From positions 32,001-96,000 of IMG/VR virus record IMGVR_UViG_3300042197_004429: a stretch of DNA of 64,000 bases; one strand, given 5' to 3'. Below, piece by piece: positions 54,124 to 63,212 of this stretch. The first letter of the stretch is position 1. Each line of letters starts with the position of its first letter. The translations under genes were made by a program, and so were the position numbers. The DNA is from a virus. Below the pieces are notes generated by a model. It saw nothing but the letters and a program-made list of their open reading frames with translations, ran no database searches and was not told where the DNA came from.

Positions 54124-54858
54124 TTACCAATTAATTTCCTTATTTAAAATTAATTTTAAATCTTTTATAGTATTAGAATAATAATTCTTTAGAACTTCTT
54201 TGTCGGTGTCTTTAATTTTTTTATTACTTATATTTTGATATAATTCTTCCAAGTTATAATCGCTAACCGCACCCGGCATCCATTTTCTATTAAAAAATTT
54301 TGATTTGTGTTTTTTTATATTTATGAATTGATAAATTTCATTAATGAAATGATTTGAATTTTTTAATAAATCATCAAACAATAATATTTTAAAATTTTTA
54401 TCTACTTCATAGTATTTTAAAAAATTTTTTAAATGTATTTCGTATAGTCCACAGGTTCTAATGTTATTCCAGTCCTCGCTCCAGCTTTCTAAAAAATTTT
54501 TTTTACAATTTCCAATATATGTTCCAAATTTCCAATGCGAATAAGCTCTATCTATGGGGTTTCTCAAACACACAATCAAATTAGAATTTGGTAAAACATC
54601 TTTTATTCTTTTTGCGCAATTCCAATAAAAATAATCTGGGGTTGTGTCTATGATTATTTTCTTATTAGTTACAAATTGATTTTTGTACCAACTTTTTCCT
54701 TTATAGTAGTTTTTGTTAAAAAAATAAATTTCTTTTTTTGGATTGACATACACCTCTGGGTGGTCACTTAATTGCTTCCAAATCCAACTAGTTCCCGATT
54801 TTCTAACTCCTATTATTAAATGAGTTGGATAATTTTCTTTTAAATTGTAAAATAGCAT
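54124..54858 (-). CDS. Sulfotransferase family 1 domain protein
   Basis: IIGVRKSGTS, KEIYFF, TPDY, LRNPIDRAYSHW. Confidence 0.9.
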   Translation of the reverse strand: MLFYNLKENYPTHLIIGVRKSGTSWIWKQLSDHPEVYVNPKKEIYFFNKNYYKGKSWYKNQFVTNKKIIIDTTPDYFYWNCAKRIKDVLPNSNLIVCLRNPIDRAYSHWKFGTYIGNCKKNFLESWSEDWNNIRTCGLYEIHLKNFLKYYEVDKNFKILLFDDLLKNSNHFINEIYQFINIKKHKSKFFNRKWMPGAVSDYNLEELYQNISNKKIKDTDKEVLKNYYSNTIKDLKLILNKEINW

Positions 54859-54865
54859 TATTTTT

Positions 54866-56410
54866 TTATAATTTAATATTGTTCTTGATTATTTCGTTTC
54901 CGAAAACAATAGCGTCTAACCCATTCATTTCTAGACACTGTTTTTTTGAAGAAACTATTGGCTTGCCCATGACATTAAATGAAGTGTTCAACAAAACAGG
55001 AACCCCACTCAGATCTTTGTATTCTTTAATCAATTGATAAAAGCAAGGGTTGTCTGACTCCTCCACCGTTTGAACCCTACAGGTTTTATCTATATGTGTT
55101 ATGGATGGTATTTTTTTTTCATCTAAAACTTTGCAAGCATATAGCATATATTTGCTTTGATTTATATCAAAGTAAGAACTTGAATCCTCCTGCAACACAG
55201 ATCCCGCAAATGGTCTCCATGGCTCTCTCATTTTGACTTTTTTATTTATTTCATCTTTGTTTAATTTGTTTATTGGAGACATAAGGATAGACCTATTTCC
55301 AAGCGCTCTTGGTCCTAATTCTCCTGAACCCTGAATCCAACCTATAATTTTATTTTCATTTAACATTTTTGCCATTAATTTTATAGTCTTATCTGTTGGA
55401 ATCTGTTCAATATTATCATCTTGCCAATATGGAAAACCAATGCGATTGAACTGGTTTTCTCCAAAGTATAATCTTAAAAACTCTAAGCAACCCAAAGGTA
55501 TTCCTCCGTCATAGCAATGTGGTATAGGGAACAAATTAGGGAATTCTTTTTTAATTTTTTGGTTGAATACGGTATTTTGAACACAGCCGCCGGAATAACT
55601 TATAATAGAATTTTTTTCTAAGTAAGAAAATGTGTTTTTTAAAATATAATTTAGCCAAAAATTATGCCACTCTGAATAAGTTTTATAAAATTCTTTTTTG
55701 ATCATCTCATGACATCTACACATCTCTGGCAACATGTATTTATAATTTTTTATATATTTGTTTATACGATTTGAATTTATGTCTAGTTCAAGAAGTTTGG
55801 GCAAACCGAATTCTTTTATTTGATCCTCTGAGTATGCTTGCAAACCCATTATTTTACCTGCGAAATCAATCCCTACGGCTCCTGTTTCTTTTGTTTCTTT
55901 TGCAGAAGCTCCGAACCCCATAAGACCAGCAATCGCCCGAAATTCTAAACCTACAGAAGAGCCAAATTCTTCATAAACAACCTCTGGATTTGTTTTTAGA
56001 TTCCTTATTACTGTTGTTGATTTTTCATTGTCGCCTTTTCCATCTATGCATACTCCATAATTTGTATTTGTTGTTGACACCACCGGCCAACAACTTAAGA
56101 TGTGGGCAAAGTGATGGTCAATATTAAAACTTCTTATACCCAAGCCCAATTTTTCAAGTTGCCCTTTGCAAAATAATTCTTTTTTCGAACACTTACCAAG
56201 CCCCGTTCTCCCCCCATCTGAATATGCTATACATTTAATGTCTTTTAATTTTATTCCCCAATCCTCTAAAGCTTTGTAAACAAAATTAAAATTTCCTTTT
56301 TGATGTTTAACTCCGTGAAGTCTCTCGAATTTTCTATATTTTATGTTGCCATCCACCGAAACGGCAACACTGGCGTCGTGTCCTAGATAAAAAGATACAA
56401 ATATTGACAT
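54866..56410 (-). CDS. Carbamoyltransferase, NodU/CmcH family
   Basis: GHDAS, DHHFAH, IDGKGD, GKIMGL, GGCVQN, ELGPRALGNRSIL, REPWRPFA, LLNTSFN. Confidence 0.92.
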   Translation of the reverse strand: MSIFVSFYLGHDASVAVSVDGNIKYRKFERLHGVKHQKGNFNFVYKALEDWGIKLKDIKCIAYSDGGRTGLGKCSKKELFCKGQLEKLGLGIRSFNIDHHFAHILSCWPVVSTTNTNYGVCIDGKGDNEKSTTVIRNLKTNPEVVYEEFGSSVGLEFRAIAGLMGFGASAKETKETGAVGIDFAGKIMGLQAYSEDQIKEFGLPKLLELDINSNRINKYIKNYKYMLPEMCRCHEMIKKEFYKTYSEWHNFWLNYILKNTFSYLEKNSIISYSGGCVQNTVFNQKIKKEFPNLFPIPHCYDGGIPLGCLEFLRLYFGENQFNRIGFPYWQDDNIEQIPTDKTIKLMAKMLNENKIIGWIQGSGELGPRALGNRSILMSPINKLNKDEINKKVKMREPWRPFAGSVLQEDSSSYFDINQSKYMLYACKVLDEKKIPSITHIDKTCRVQTVEESDNPCFYQLIKEYKDLSGVPVLLNTSFNVMGKPIVSSKKQCLEMNGLDAIVFGNEIIKNNIKL

Positions 56411-56416
56411 GTTAAT

Positions 56417-57070
56417 TTATAAAAAAAATTTTTGATTGTGCAAGGGTAAGTTTCTAATTTTTGAATTAGAATAAGAACATTTTTTCTCTTTTTGTTTTTG
56501 ATTTCTCCAATCAACATGTATTACATTAATGTAATTGGTTAGATTTTTTACATTTATATCACTCTCGACAGCAGCAGTCCTAAATCTACTTTCGCAATGC
56601 CAGTATCCTAGTTTAAAATCGCAATAAAATTCTTGAAGATTTTCTTTATATGCCCAAGCATCTTGAGAACACCTGGAATTAATTTTTTTTCCAGAGTTGT
56701 AAGATACTTCGCTTTCGATTATTTCGCCTTTTTTTGTTAAATCTTTTCTTGATAAAATTACTAAAGTGTTTTTCCAGTCAATTTTGAGTAAACAAACAAT
56801 AGTTTCATCAAAATACACATCTGAATTAGCTAAAATTTTTACACCTTTGGTTTTTTTTGAAAAATCAAACCAGTCTTTGTACGAAATTCTTTTATTGACT
56901 TCTACAAATTCAATTTTTTCTTTATCAAACAGGGGAGTGTCGCAATTTTTTTCAAAAAATAATACTATTTTGTTTACAAATTTATTTTTTAAATTTTTAT
57001 TCAAACAGTACAGGTTGTAACATTCTACTTCCGGCGTGCATTTAAATATTTGTTGGTAAAGAGTTATCAT
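56417..57070 (-). CDS. Glycosyltransferase-like hypothetical protein
   Basis: ILANSDVYFD, SQDAW, LGYWHCE. Confidence 0.55.
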   Translation of the reverse strand: MITLYQQIFKCTPEVECYNLYCLNKNLKNKFVNKIVLFFEKNCDTPLFDKEKIEFVEVNKRISYKDWFDFSKKTKGVKILANSDVYFDETIVCLLKIDWKNTLVILSRKDLTKKGEIIESEVSYNSGKKINSRCSQDAWAYKENLQEFYCDFKLGYWHCESRFRTAAVESDINVKNLTNYINVIHVDWRNQKQKEKKCSYSNSKIRNLPLHNQKFFL

Positions 57071-57073
57071 TTA

Positions 57074-57931
57074 TTATAGAAAATATTTTATTTTATTAAA
57101 ACTATAGATTTTATCCAAACAATACTTAATATTATAATTTTCACAATTATAATATTTTTTGTATAAATTTTTAATATTTTTTTCATTATAGTAATGAAAA
57201 ATTTTTATTTTTTTCGTATCTATGACACCCCCACCTGCAAAGACCTCTTCGATACTACTTGAAAAATTATATTCGTAATTCAAATTTTTAATCGGTATTC
57301 CAGACTCCAAAACAGACAGGCAAAGACATATCTGAGCTTTAAATTTATTTTTTAAATTATTTAAAGAATAAACATATTTTTTTATATAAGGTGCTAATTT
57401 ATGCATTAATTTTTTATTTAAAACTATAAAACCATTATTAAAATAACATGGCGGGCAATAGTCATTGTTTTTTATTTGTTTTTTGAATGATTTCAATTCA
57501 ATTTTTAGATTAAATTTTTTTAAAATAGTGTCCCAACTTAGTTGTTCTTTTTTAAAAGGACTTTCATGTGCTAAAACTCCGTAAATCCCCAACTCAGACC
57601 TAGCTTTTTTGATTATTTCTTTTAAAGAATCTAATACTAGGATGTCTGCATCCAGTAATACACAAACGGTCGATTTTGATTCTAAAAAATATCTTATTGC
57701 TCCGCTCCATTTTGGTTTTAAACCATCTTTATTTTCATAATAAACAACATTTGAGTTTTTTATTATGAAATTGTTTTTTATTTTTTGGTCTTTTGGCAAC
57801 ATTATTGTAAAATAATAATCATCAAGATCGCTAAAAAATTCTATTGATTTCATTAATGCAAAAACATTTTCTTCCATGTGTTCTTCTATTTTTAGGAAAA
57901 AATGAGCATCATTTTTTAAAGTTTTCATCAT
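57074..57931 (-). CDS. GT8-like glycosyltransferase
   Basis: LLDADILV, YFNNGFIVL, QICL, YNF, IFHY. Confidence 0.7.
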   Translation of the reverse strand: MMKTLKNDAHFFLKIEEHMEENVFALMKSIEFFSDLDDYYFTIMLPKDQKIKNNFIIKNSNVVYYENKDGLKPKWSGAIRYFLESKSTVCVLLDADILVLDSLKEIIKKARSELGIYGVLAHESPFKKEQLSWDTILKKFNLKIELKSFKKQIKNNDYCPPCYFNNGFIVLNKKLMHKLAPYIKKYVYSLNNLKNKFKAQICLCLSVLESGIPIKNLNYEYNFSSSIEEVFAGGGVIDTKKIKIFHYYNEKNIKNLYKKYYNCENYNIKYCLDKIYSFNKIKYFL

Positions 57932-57942
57932 TTTAGTAAAAG

Positions 57943-57950
57943 TATTTATA
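57943..57950 (-). promoter_or_regulatory. T4-type late promoter
   Basis: TATAAATA 11 nt upstream of the 57931 start. Confidence 0.55.
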
Positions 57951-58028
57951 ATTAAAAATAAAAAACAAGAGTCAATTATCCGTAAAATTTTGGAATAAAT
58001 TAAAAAAGATGCATTATATTAATGATAT

Positions 58029-58790
58029 GTGGAAAATATCCCGAGAAGCCATGGTGTAACATTGAATTTAAAATATATTGTTACCGGCACTGGTCGTTGC
58101 GGCACAGTTTTTTTGGCTCGTTTTTTAACGAGTGTGGGGGTTCCCTGCGGTCACGAATCAATTTTTGGCCCAGAAGGCTTAGAGTTAGCCAAATACAGAT
58201 CATCTGGTTTGTCCACACCTTGCTTAAGCTACTGTTCAAAAAATATTTTGAAAGGTGGCAAGTGGGAACCTCTTCCGGATTGGATCACAGAAATAGAAAA
58301 AATACAGGCTGATTCTAGTTACTTGGCTGCTCCTTTTCTTCAGGAAAGTTGTTTAGAAAATTGTAAGAAAATTCATTTAGTTAGAGATCCAATTAAGGTA
58401 ATTCATTCTTTTTGTAATCATATTGAATATTTCAAATCTGATGAGCCTAAAGATAAATTTGAAAAATTTATTTACGAGAATGTACCAGAGTTGCAAACAA
58501 AAATGCCCCAATATGATCGTGCTTGTTTGTTTTATGTTCTTTGGAACAATATGATAGAAAAAAATAACATCGATTTGTTTTACAGAGTAGAAGATCCAGT
58601 TAACGTTTTGTTTGATTTTTTAGATTTAGAAAAAAAAGAACACTTCTCGGATAACACCATAAACACTCATAAAAAATGGTCAAAAGAAAATTTTGATGTT
58701 CATTTGATAGAAAGCAAGGAAATAAAAAGTGAATTTGTAAAAATTGGCAGACGATACGGATACAAAATGGTGTCTGCGTTCATGGTTTAG
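58029..58790 (+). CDS. Sulfotransferase-like protein
   Basis: IVTGTGRCGT, GHE, HLVRDP.KVI.S. Confidence 0.7.
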   Translation: MENIPRSHGVTLNLKYIVTGTGRCGTVFLARFLTSVGVPCGHESIFGPEGLELAKYRSSGLSTPCLSYCSKNILKGGKWEPLPDWITEIEKIQADSSYLAAPFLQESCLENCKKIHLVRDPIKVIHSFCNHIEYFKSDEPKDKFEKFIYENVPELQTKMPQYDRACLFYVLWNNMIEKNNIDLFYRVEDPVNVLFDFLDLEKKEHFSDNTINTHKKWSKENFDVHLIESKEIKSEFVKIGRRYGYKMVSAFMV

Positions 58791-59803
58791 TATATTTGCT
58801 TGTTTGCACTATCAGATGGCATTTCCAGAACATAGTCTATAAAATCAATTTCCATATAACTTTGTAAAACGTCTACATTTTGCCACACACGACACAATCT
58901 ATCTAAAATAGATTGATAATTTACAAAAAAGTCCTCCACACTGGTTTTGCTAACAAATTCATTTTTTACAAAAAGACCAGATTCTTTAAACCAGTGTCTG
59001 TATGTTTCAAGTGGATTTACAACTTTGATATTGGGTTCACTTTGTAGTCCCAAGCATCTCATTAATTCAATATCGTCTAAAATTAAATGAATAAACGCTT
59101 TGTTCTTGCTGGTGTAAAGATGCGACCCATGCCTGCTTGACCAAGGATGATTCCTGACATAAATTCTTCCTTCGCCGGAAAGTAATCCTGATGCTTGCCT
59201 CAAGGCTTCTATTGGGTCAATTAAAGAGATATGATCCAATACATCATGCATTAAAATAATATCAAATGGAGCATTACATTTTACTAAATCAAAGTTGCCC
59301 GCAAAGTGATTCGGATCGAATTGGTATTTACTTGCATCAACATCATACCCGATAGCCAAAGAACATTCACGAGTTAAAGCGGCTGGAATTGTGTGGCCTT
59401 CTCCACATCCAAAATCTAAAAATCTTTTGTTTTTCATTCTTTCGCCAATTAGCAAATCCATGATGCTATCGGCTCTTTTTTGTTTATCTTCATTTGTAAC
59501 ACAAAGAAGATGCGGCTCTACGGCGTAAGGCCACTCCTCGGTTTCTAAAAGTTTCCTTATTTCTTCCAGAGATTTTTCGTATTCGCTTGCTTGTGGTAAG
59601 CCATATTTTTTGAGGTTATTTGAAAGTTCCGCCATATCTCTTCGAATTTTGGCGTTTTCAAATAATAATTGTTTTTCTTGACTTTCTCGGAGTGCATTTA
59701 TTGATTCTTTGACTTCTTTTAAAACACCCATGAAACTTTCTAATTTTCTCAAATGAGCGTCTATTTCATACGCAATTCCGTCAATTCTTTTCATATCTAA
59801 CAT
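58787..59803 (-). CDS. Class I SAM methyltransferase with N-terminal coiled coil
   Basis: FLDFGCGEG, FDIILMHDVLDH; paralog of 60665-61705. Confidence 0.85.
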   Translation of the reverse strand: MLDMKRIDGIAYEIDAHLRKLESFMGVLKEVKESINALRESQEKQLLFENAKIRRDMAELSNNLKKYGLPQASEYEKSLEEIRKLLETEEWPYAVEPHLLCVTNEDKQKRADSIMDLLIGERMKNKRFLDFGCGEGHTIPAALTRECSLAIGYDVDASKYQFDPNHFAGNFDLVKCNAPFDIILMHDVLDHISLIDPIEALRQASGLLSGEGRIYVRNHPWSSRHGSHLYTSKNKAFIHLILDDIELMRCLGLQSEPNIKVVNPLETYRHWFKESGLFVKNEFVSKTSVEDFFVNYQSILDRLCRVWQNVDVLQSYMEIDFIDYVLEMPSDSANKQIY

Positions 59804-59850
59804 AACAATTATTCCAGATAAAAACTATAATAGAATAAAGGAGTAAAAAG

Positions 59851-60651
59851 ATGGCCAAACCGTTATTCCGCTGGACTTGCGGCAGTTGTTTGCAGCAAGG
59901 ATTGGATATTCTTGCTGAATCTATTAATCGAACAACAAAAAGTTTAGGTATACATAATTTTGATTGGGTTATATGTTACAACAACCTTTATAGAGACGAT
60001 CTTGCTTTTTTGCAAAAAGCAATAGGTGATAAGCCTATTCAACTAATAGCTCAAAATTGGTCAACTTGTCCGGTTGACGATAATTGCCAGAATCCTCGTC
60101 GCAAAGACGGTAGTTTTGAATGGAATGGCAATCGTTGTGGCGGAACCATGTGGAAGGTTTGTCCTCCGAGATTGCGAATGGAGACGCATGAAATTGTCAT
60201 GGACAACGATATAATTTTACTTAAAAAATTTCATCAAATTGATGATTTTTTAAATCAAACAAAAAAATGTCTAGTTTTAGAAGAACCCATTAGATTTTAT
60301 GGAAGATACGATTGTTTATTTGGAGACGCAACGACTTTTTTGAATTCAGGATTTATGGGTTTTCCACCAGGATACGATTATGGAGCCGAGTTGTTTAAAG
60401 TTTGGACAAAATATTCAAAATACATGAACCTAACACAGGCTGACGAGCAAGGTCTATTGATGTTCACCCTGGACCAGCAGCCCAATATTCGCATTAAAAA
60501 AGAACAAATGGTTGAAGTTTTAAATCGTGATTTCAAAGCCATCATAACAGGCCACGAAGAAGGAATACACTTTACTCAAGCAAATCGAATACCCAATCAC
60601 TTTGCCTGGAAAATGTATCAAGAAGTTATTGGAAATCACACTATAATCTAA
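59851..60651 (+). CDS. GT-A glycosyltransferase-like protein
   Basis: IVMDNDII, LNSGFMG, DEQG. Confidence 0.65.
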   Translation: MAKPLFRWTCGSCLQQGLDILAESINRTTKSLGIHNFDWVICYNNLYRDDLAFLQKAIGDKPIQLIAQNWSTCPVDDNCQNPRRKDGSFEWNGNRCGGTMWKVCPPRLRMETHEIVMDNDIILLKKFHQIDDFLNQTKKCLVLEEPIRFYGRYDCLFGDATTFLNSGFMGFPPGYDYGAELFKVWTKYSKYMNLTQADEQGLLMFTLDQQPNIRIKKEQMVEVLNRDFKAIITGHEEGIHFTQANRIPNHFAWKMYQEVIGNHTII

Positions 60652-60664
60652 TAGGATTAAAAAA

Positions 60665-61705
60665 ATGAATGAAGTAGAAGTTCGCAGATATTTAAACGTG
60701 ATTAAGCGTGCTGTTTCGTTGATAGAAGGCATGCTAGATAACGATGACGGTGGGTTGCTTGAATCCCTAATGCCACAGAATATACAGGAAGTGGTGGCAA
60801 CAGCAGCGGCACAGGCTGTTGCTCAGGTCGTTGCGAACAAACCGATTGTCCAACAATCAACAAATCAAGTTGAGCAACCAGTTCAGGCGCAGCAGGAGCC
60901 AAAGCCTGTTAATGAAGCGGCAAAACTGGCACGCAAGAAACATATTGGCGATTTGATGGCGATTGATTGTTGGCCAGAGTCTGTTCCTCAATTCTTGGTT
61001 GCCAAAGATGCCTCTTTTGAAGATCAAGTGAATCGGGCAAATGCCGTTTTGGATATGCTTTTAGACAGACACGTGACGGGGTTGAATTTTCTAGACTTTG
61101 GTTGTGGCGAAGGGTGGATAGCCCAGCAAATATTGAAACGTGGTGCGATTGAGTCGATTGGCTATGATATCAAGCAATATGATTCTTGGTCTAATTTAAA
61201 AGACGTTAAGTTTACGACAAATTTTAACGACCTAAAGCCTAATTATTTCGATGTGATATTTTTATATGATGTTCTAGATCATTGTGAAGACCCTGTTTTT
61301 TTAATGAGTCAGGTGCAAAATTTAATTAAACCCAGTGGTGTTGTTTATGTTAGGTGTCACCCTTGGACAAGCAAACATGCAACTCATTTATACAAACAAG
61401 GTTTAAACAAAGCATATGTTCATCTTTTTATGTCATATGACGAATTAAAAGAATTAATTCAGCAAGATCCAAATTTTACACGCATGGAAAAAAACCCCGT
61501 CGAGGCTTACCACTGGTGGTTTAACAACTTCGACATCAAGAAAGAAAGAGAAGTAAAAGAGCCAGTGAATGGTTTTTTTCACGTTCCTGCTTTTAAAGAA
61601 TTGTTGGCAAATGAGCAACAAATTCCAATGAAAGATATCGACAACTTCTTGAGACTGATGGAGATACAGTTTGTTGATTTTTGTTTAGTTCCTAAAAAAT
61701 CATGA
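60665..61705 (+). CDS. Class I SAM methyltransferase with N-terminal extension
   Basis: FLDFGCGEG, FDVIFLYDVLDH, LIKPSG. Confidence 0.85.
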   Translation: MNEVEVRRYLNVIKRAVSLIEGMLDNDDGGLLESLMPQNIQEVVATAAAQAVAQVVANKPIVQQSTNQVEQPVQAQQEPKPVNEAAKLARKKHIGDLMAIDCWPESVPQFLVAKDASFEDQVNRANAVLDMLLDRHVTGLNFLDFGCGEGWIAQQILKRGAIESIGYDIKQYDSWSNLKDVKFTTNFNDLKPNYFDVIFLYDVLDHCEDPVFLMSQVQNLIKPSGVVYVRCHPWTSKHATHLYKQGLNKAYVHLFMSYDELKELIQQDPNFTRMEKNPVEAYHWWFNNFDIKKEREVKEPVNGFFHVPAFKELLANEQQIPMKDIDNFLRLMEIQFVDFCLVPKKS

Positions 61706-62514
61706 AAAAAAAATTAACTTTTGTTTTGATGACTTGCGGCGAACTTGCGGAGAAAAAATGTGTAGAGGCCATCAAACCCCACCTTCATGAAGTCGAATTT
61801 TTTGAAGTTAGAAATGTTTTTCCTCAAATAAAAGCTTTAAATCAAATGATAAAGAAAGTCAGAACCGACTTTTTTATTCCTTTAGATGCTGATATTGTGC
61901 TTGATAAAGATGCTTATCCAAGAATTAAAAACGCAATCAACAAAAATGAACATGATCCAAAGTGGCATTCGATTCTTTTTCCCTTGTATGACACACTCAC
62001 AGAGAAAAGGATATTGGCATTAAAGATTTTGAGAACCAAAGTAATGAAACAAAATCTTTTTAAACAAAGCGCCACACCCGATGTTGAGCATTATCAAAGA
62101 CTGACTGGTTTAGGCTATTCTTGTATTCACGATTATCTCAATCAAAGAACTATTGGAAAACATATTGTGGCTGGTAAACATTTTTGTTACCATAAATTTA
62201 GAGATGTTTATCAAACTTATAGAAATTATAATTTTGAGTGGGATAGTGGGGTTTTTATGGGGGGAAACGATCTAAGAAGTCACGCCAAAGCACATTATGA
62301 TTTTTTTATGAAAAAATGGACAAAAACGGGCAATAAAGATTATTTACATTGCATCGCAGGCATGATGGATGGCATACTTTCCCCTGTAGAAAACAAATCA
62401 AAAACTTTAAAATCAAAAAAATATAATATTAAAACAAAGTGGGCAATTCATGCTTTTTTAGATTGGTATATGGCACCAATGTCCACATCCAAATCAGGCA
62501 GCATGTTGTTTTAG
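61702..62514 (+). CDS. GT2-like glycosyltransferase
   Basis: KALNQ, FIPLDADIVL. Confidence 0.65.
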   Translation: MKKKLTFVLMTCGELAEKKCVEAIKPHLHEVEFFEVRNVFPQIKALNQMIKKVRTDFFIPLDADIVLDKDAYPRIKNAINKNEHDPKWHSILFPLYDTLTEKRILALKILRTKVMKQNLFKQSATPDVEHYQRLTGLGYSCIHDYLNQRTIGKHIVAGKHFCYHKFRDVYQTYRNYNFEWDSGVFMGGNDLRSHAKAHYDFFMKKWTKTGNKDYLHCIAGMMDGILSPVENKSKTLKSKKYNIKTKWAIHAFLDWYMAPMSTSKSGSMLF

Positions 62515-63173
62515 GATTGATAAGGCATCGAAGCAAAATTAGGAACATTTGAGTTAGACAACGCAGTGGAGACAACATTCCTGGCCACGTTGTCCACACC
62601 GCCGGTTAGTTGACTTTGTTTTTCAAATTTTCTTTCCAACTCCACCGATTGTTTTTTAGCTTCTTCCATTAGTTGTTTCAATTTTTTTGTGTCCAGATCG
62701 TAATACGAACCTGTAGGATCTGGATTGCGTTTTATTACATTTATGCTTGGTGACATAGCCATTGTTAGTTGTACAAATTTTATTGAAGGATATCTTCCGA
62801 TGATATCTTTTTGTGGCAACTTGCTTAAAACTCCAGTTTTTTCATCGTATTCAATTCCTCGCATATACCGCTCAGAGGTTGCGTCATTCATGGGATTGTT
62901 TTTTCTGGCTTCGTAAGCTGAAAATGCATTCTCGGCCAATGCTGCCAACTTATCTAAAAGATCTTTTCTTTCTTCTAATTGTTTTTTTTCAGGCGTTGTT
63001 TCTTTTTGAAATTGCTGTAGTTGGCTTAGTGATTTAAAACCACCTACAGGAACTTTTGTGGGATCATATTTGTCGTGCATATCAGGAAACTGAAAATGAC
63101 CACTATAATACATTTCATTTTTTAGAAATGCTTTATTTTCATTAGAATAAAAAAATTCACGAAATTTTCTCAT
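62511..63173 (-). CDS. Hypothetical protein, CTS-like N-terminus
   Basis: MRKFREFFYSNE; CTATATA just upstream. Confidence 0.65.
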   Translation of the reverse strand: MRKFREFFYSNENKAFLKNEMYYSGHFQFPDMHDKYDPTKVPVGGFKSLSQLQQFQKETTPEKKQLEERKDLLDKLAALAENAFSAYEARKNNPMNDATSERYMRGIEYDEKTGVLSKLPQKDIIGRYPSIKFVQLTMAMSPSINVIKRNPDPTGSYYDLDTKKLKQLMEEAKKQSVELERKFEKQSQLTGGVDNVARNVVSTALSNSNVPNFASMPYQS

Positions 63174-63212
63174 GTAATATATAGGCAGACTTCATCAGAT
63201 TAGAGGCAAAAA

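Noticed and set aside
877-63037. Numerous short antisense/overlapping ORFs in the track (e.g. 877-1077, 4870-5106, 10587-10922, 36829-37134, 41468-41764)
   Set aside because: They lie opposite well-supported genes, lack SD or motifs, and look like shadow ORFs.
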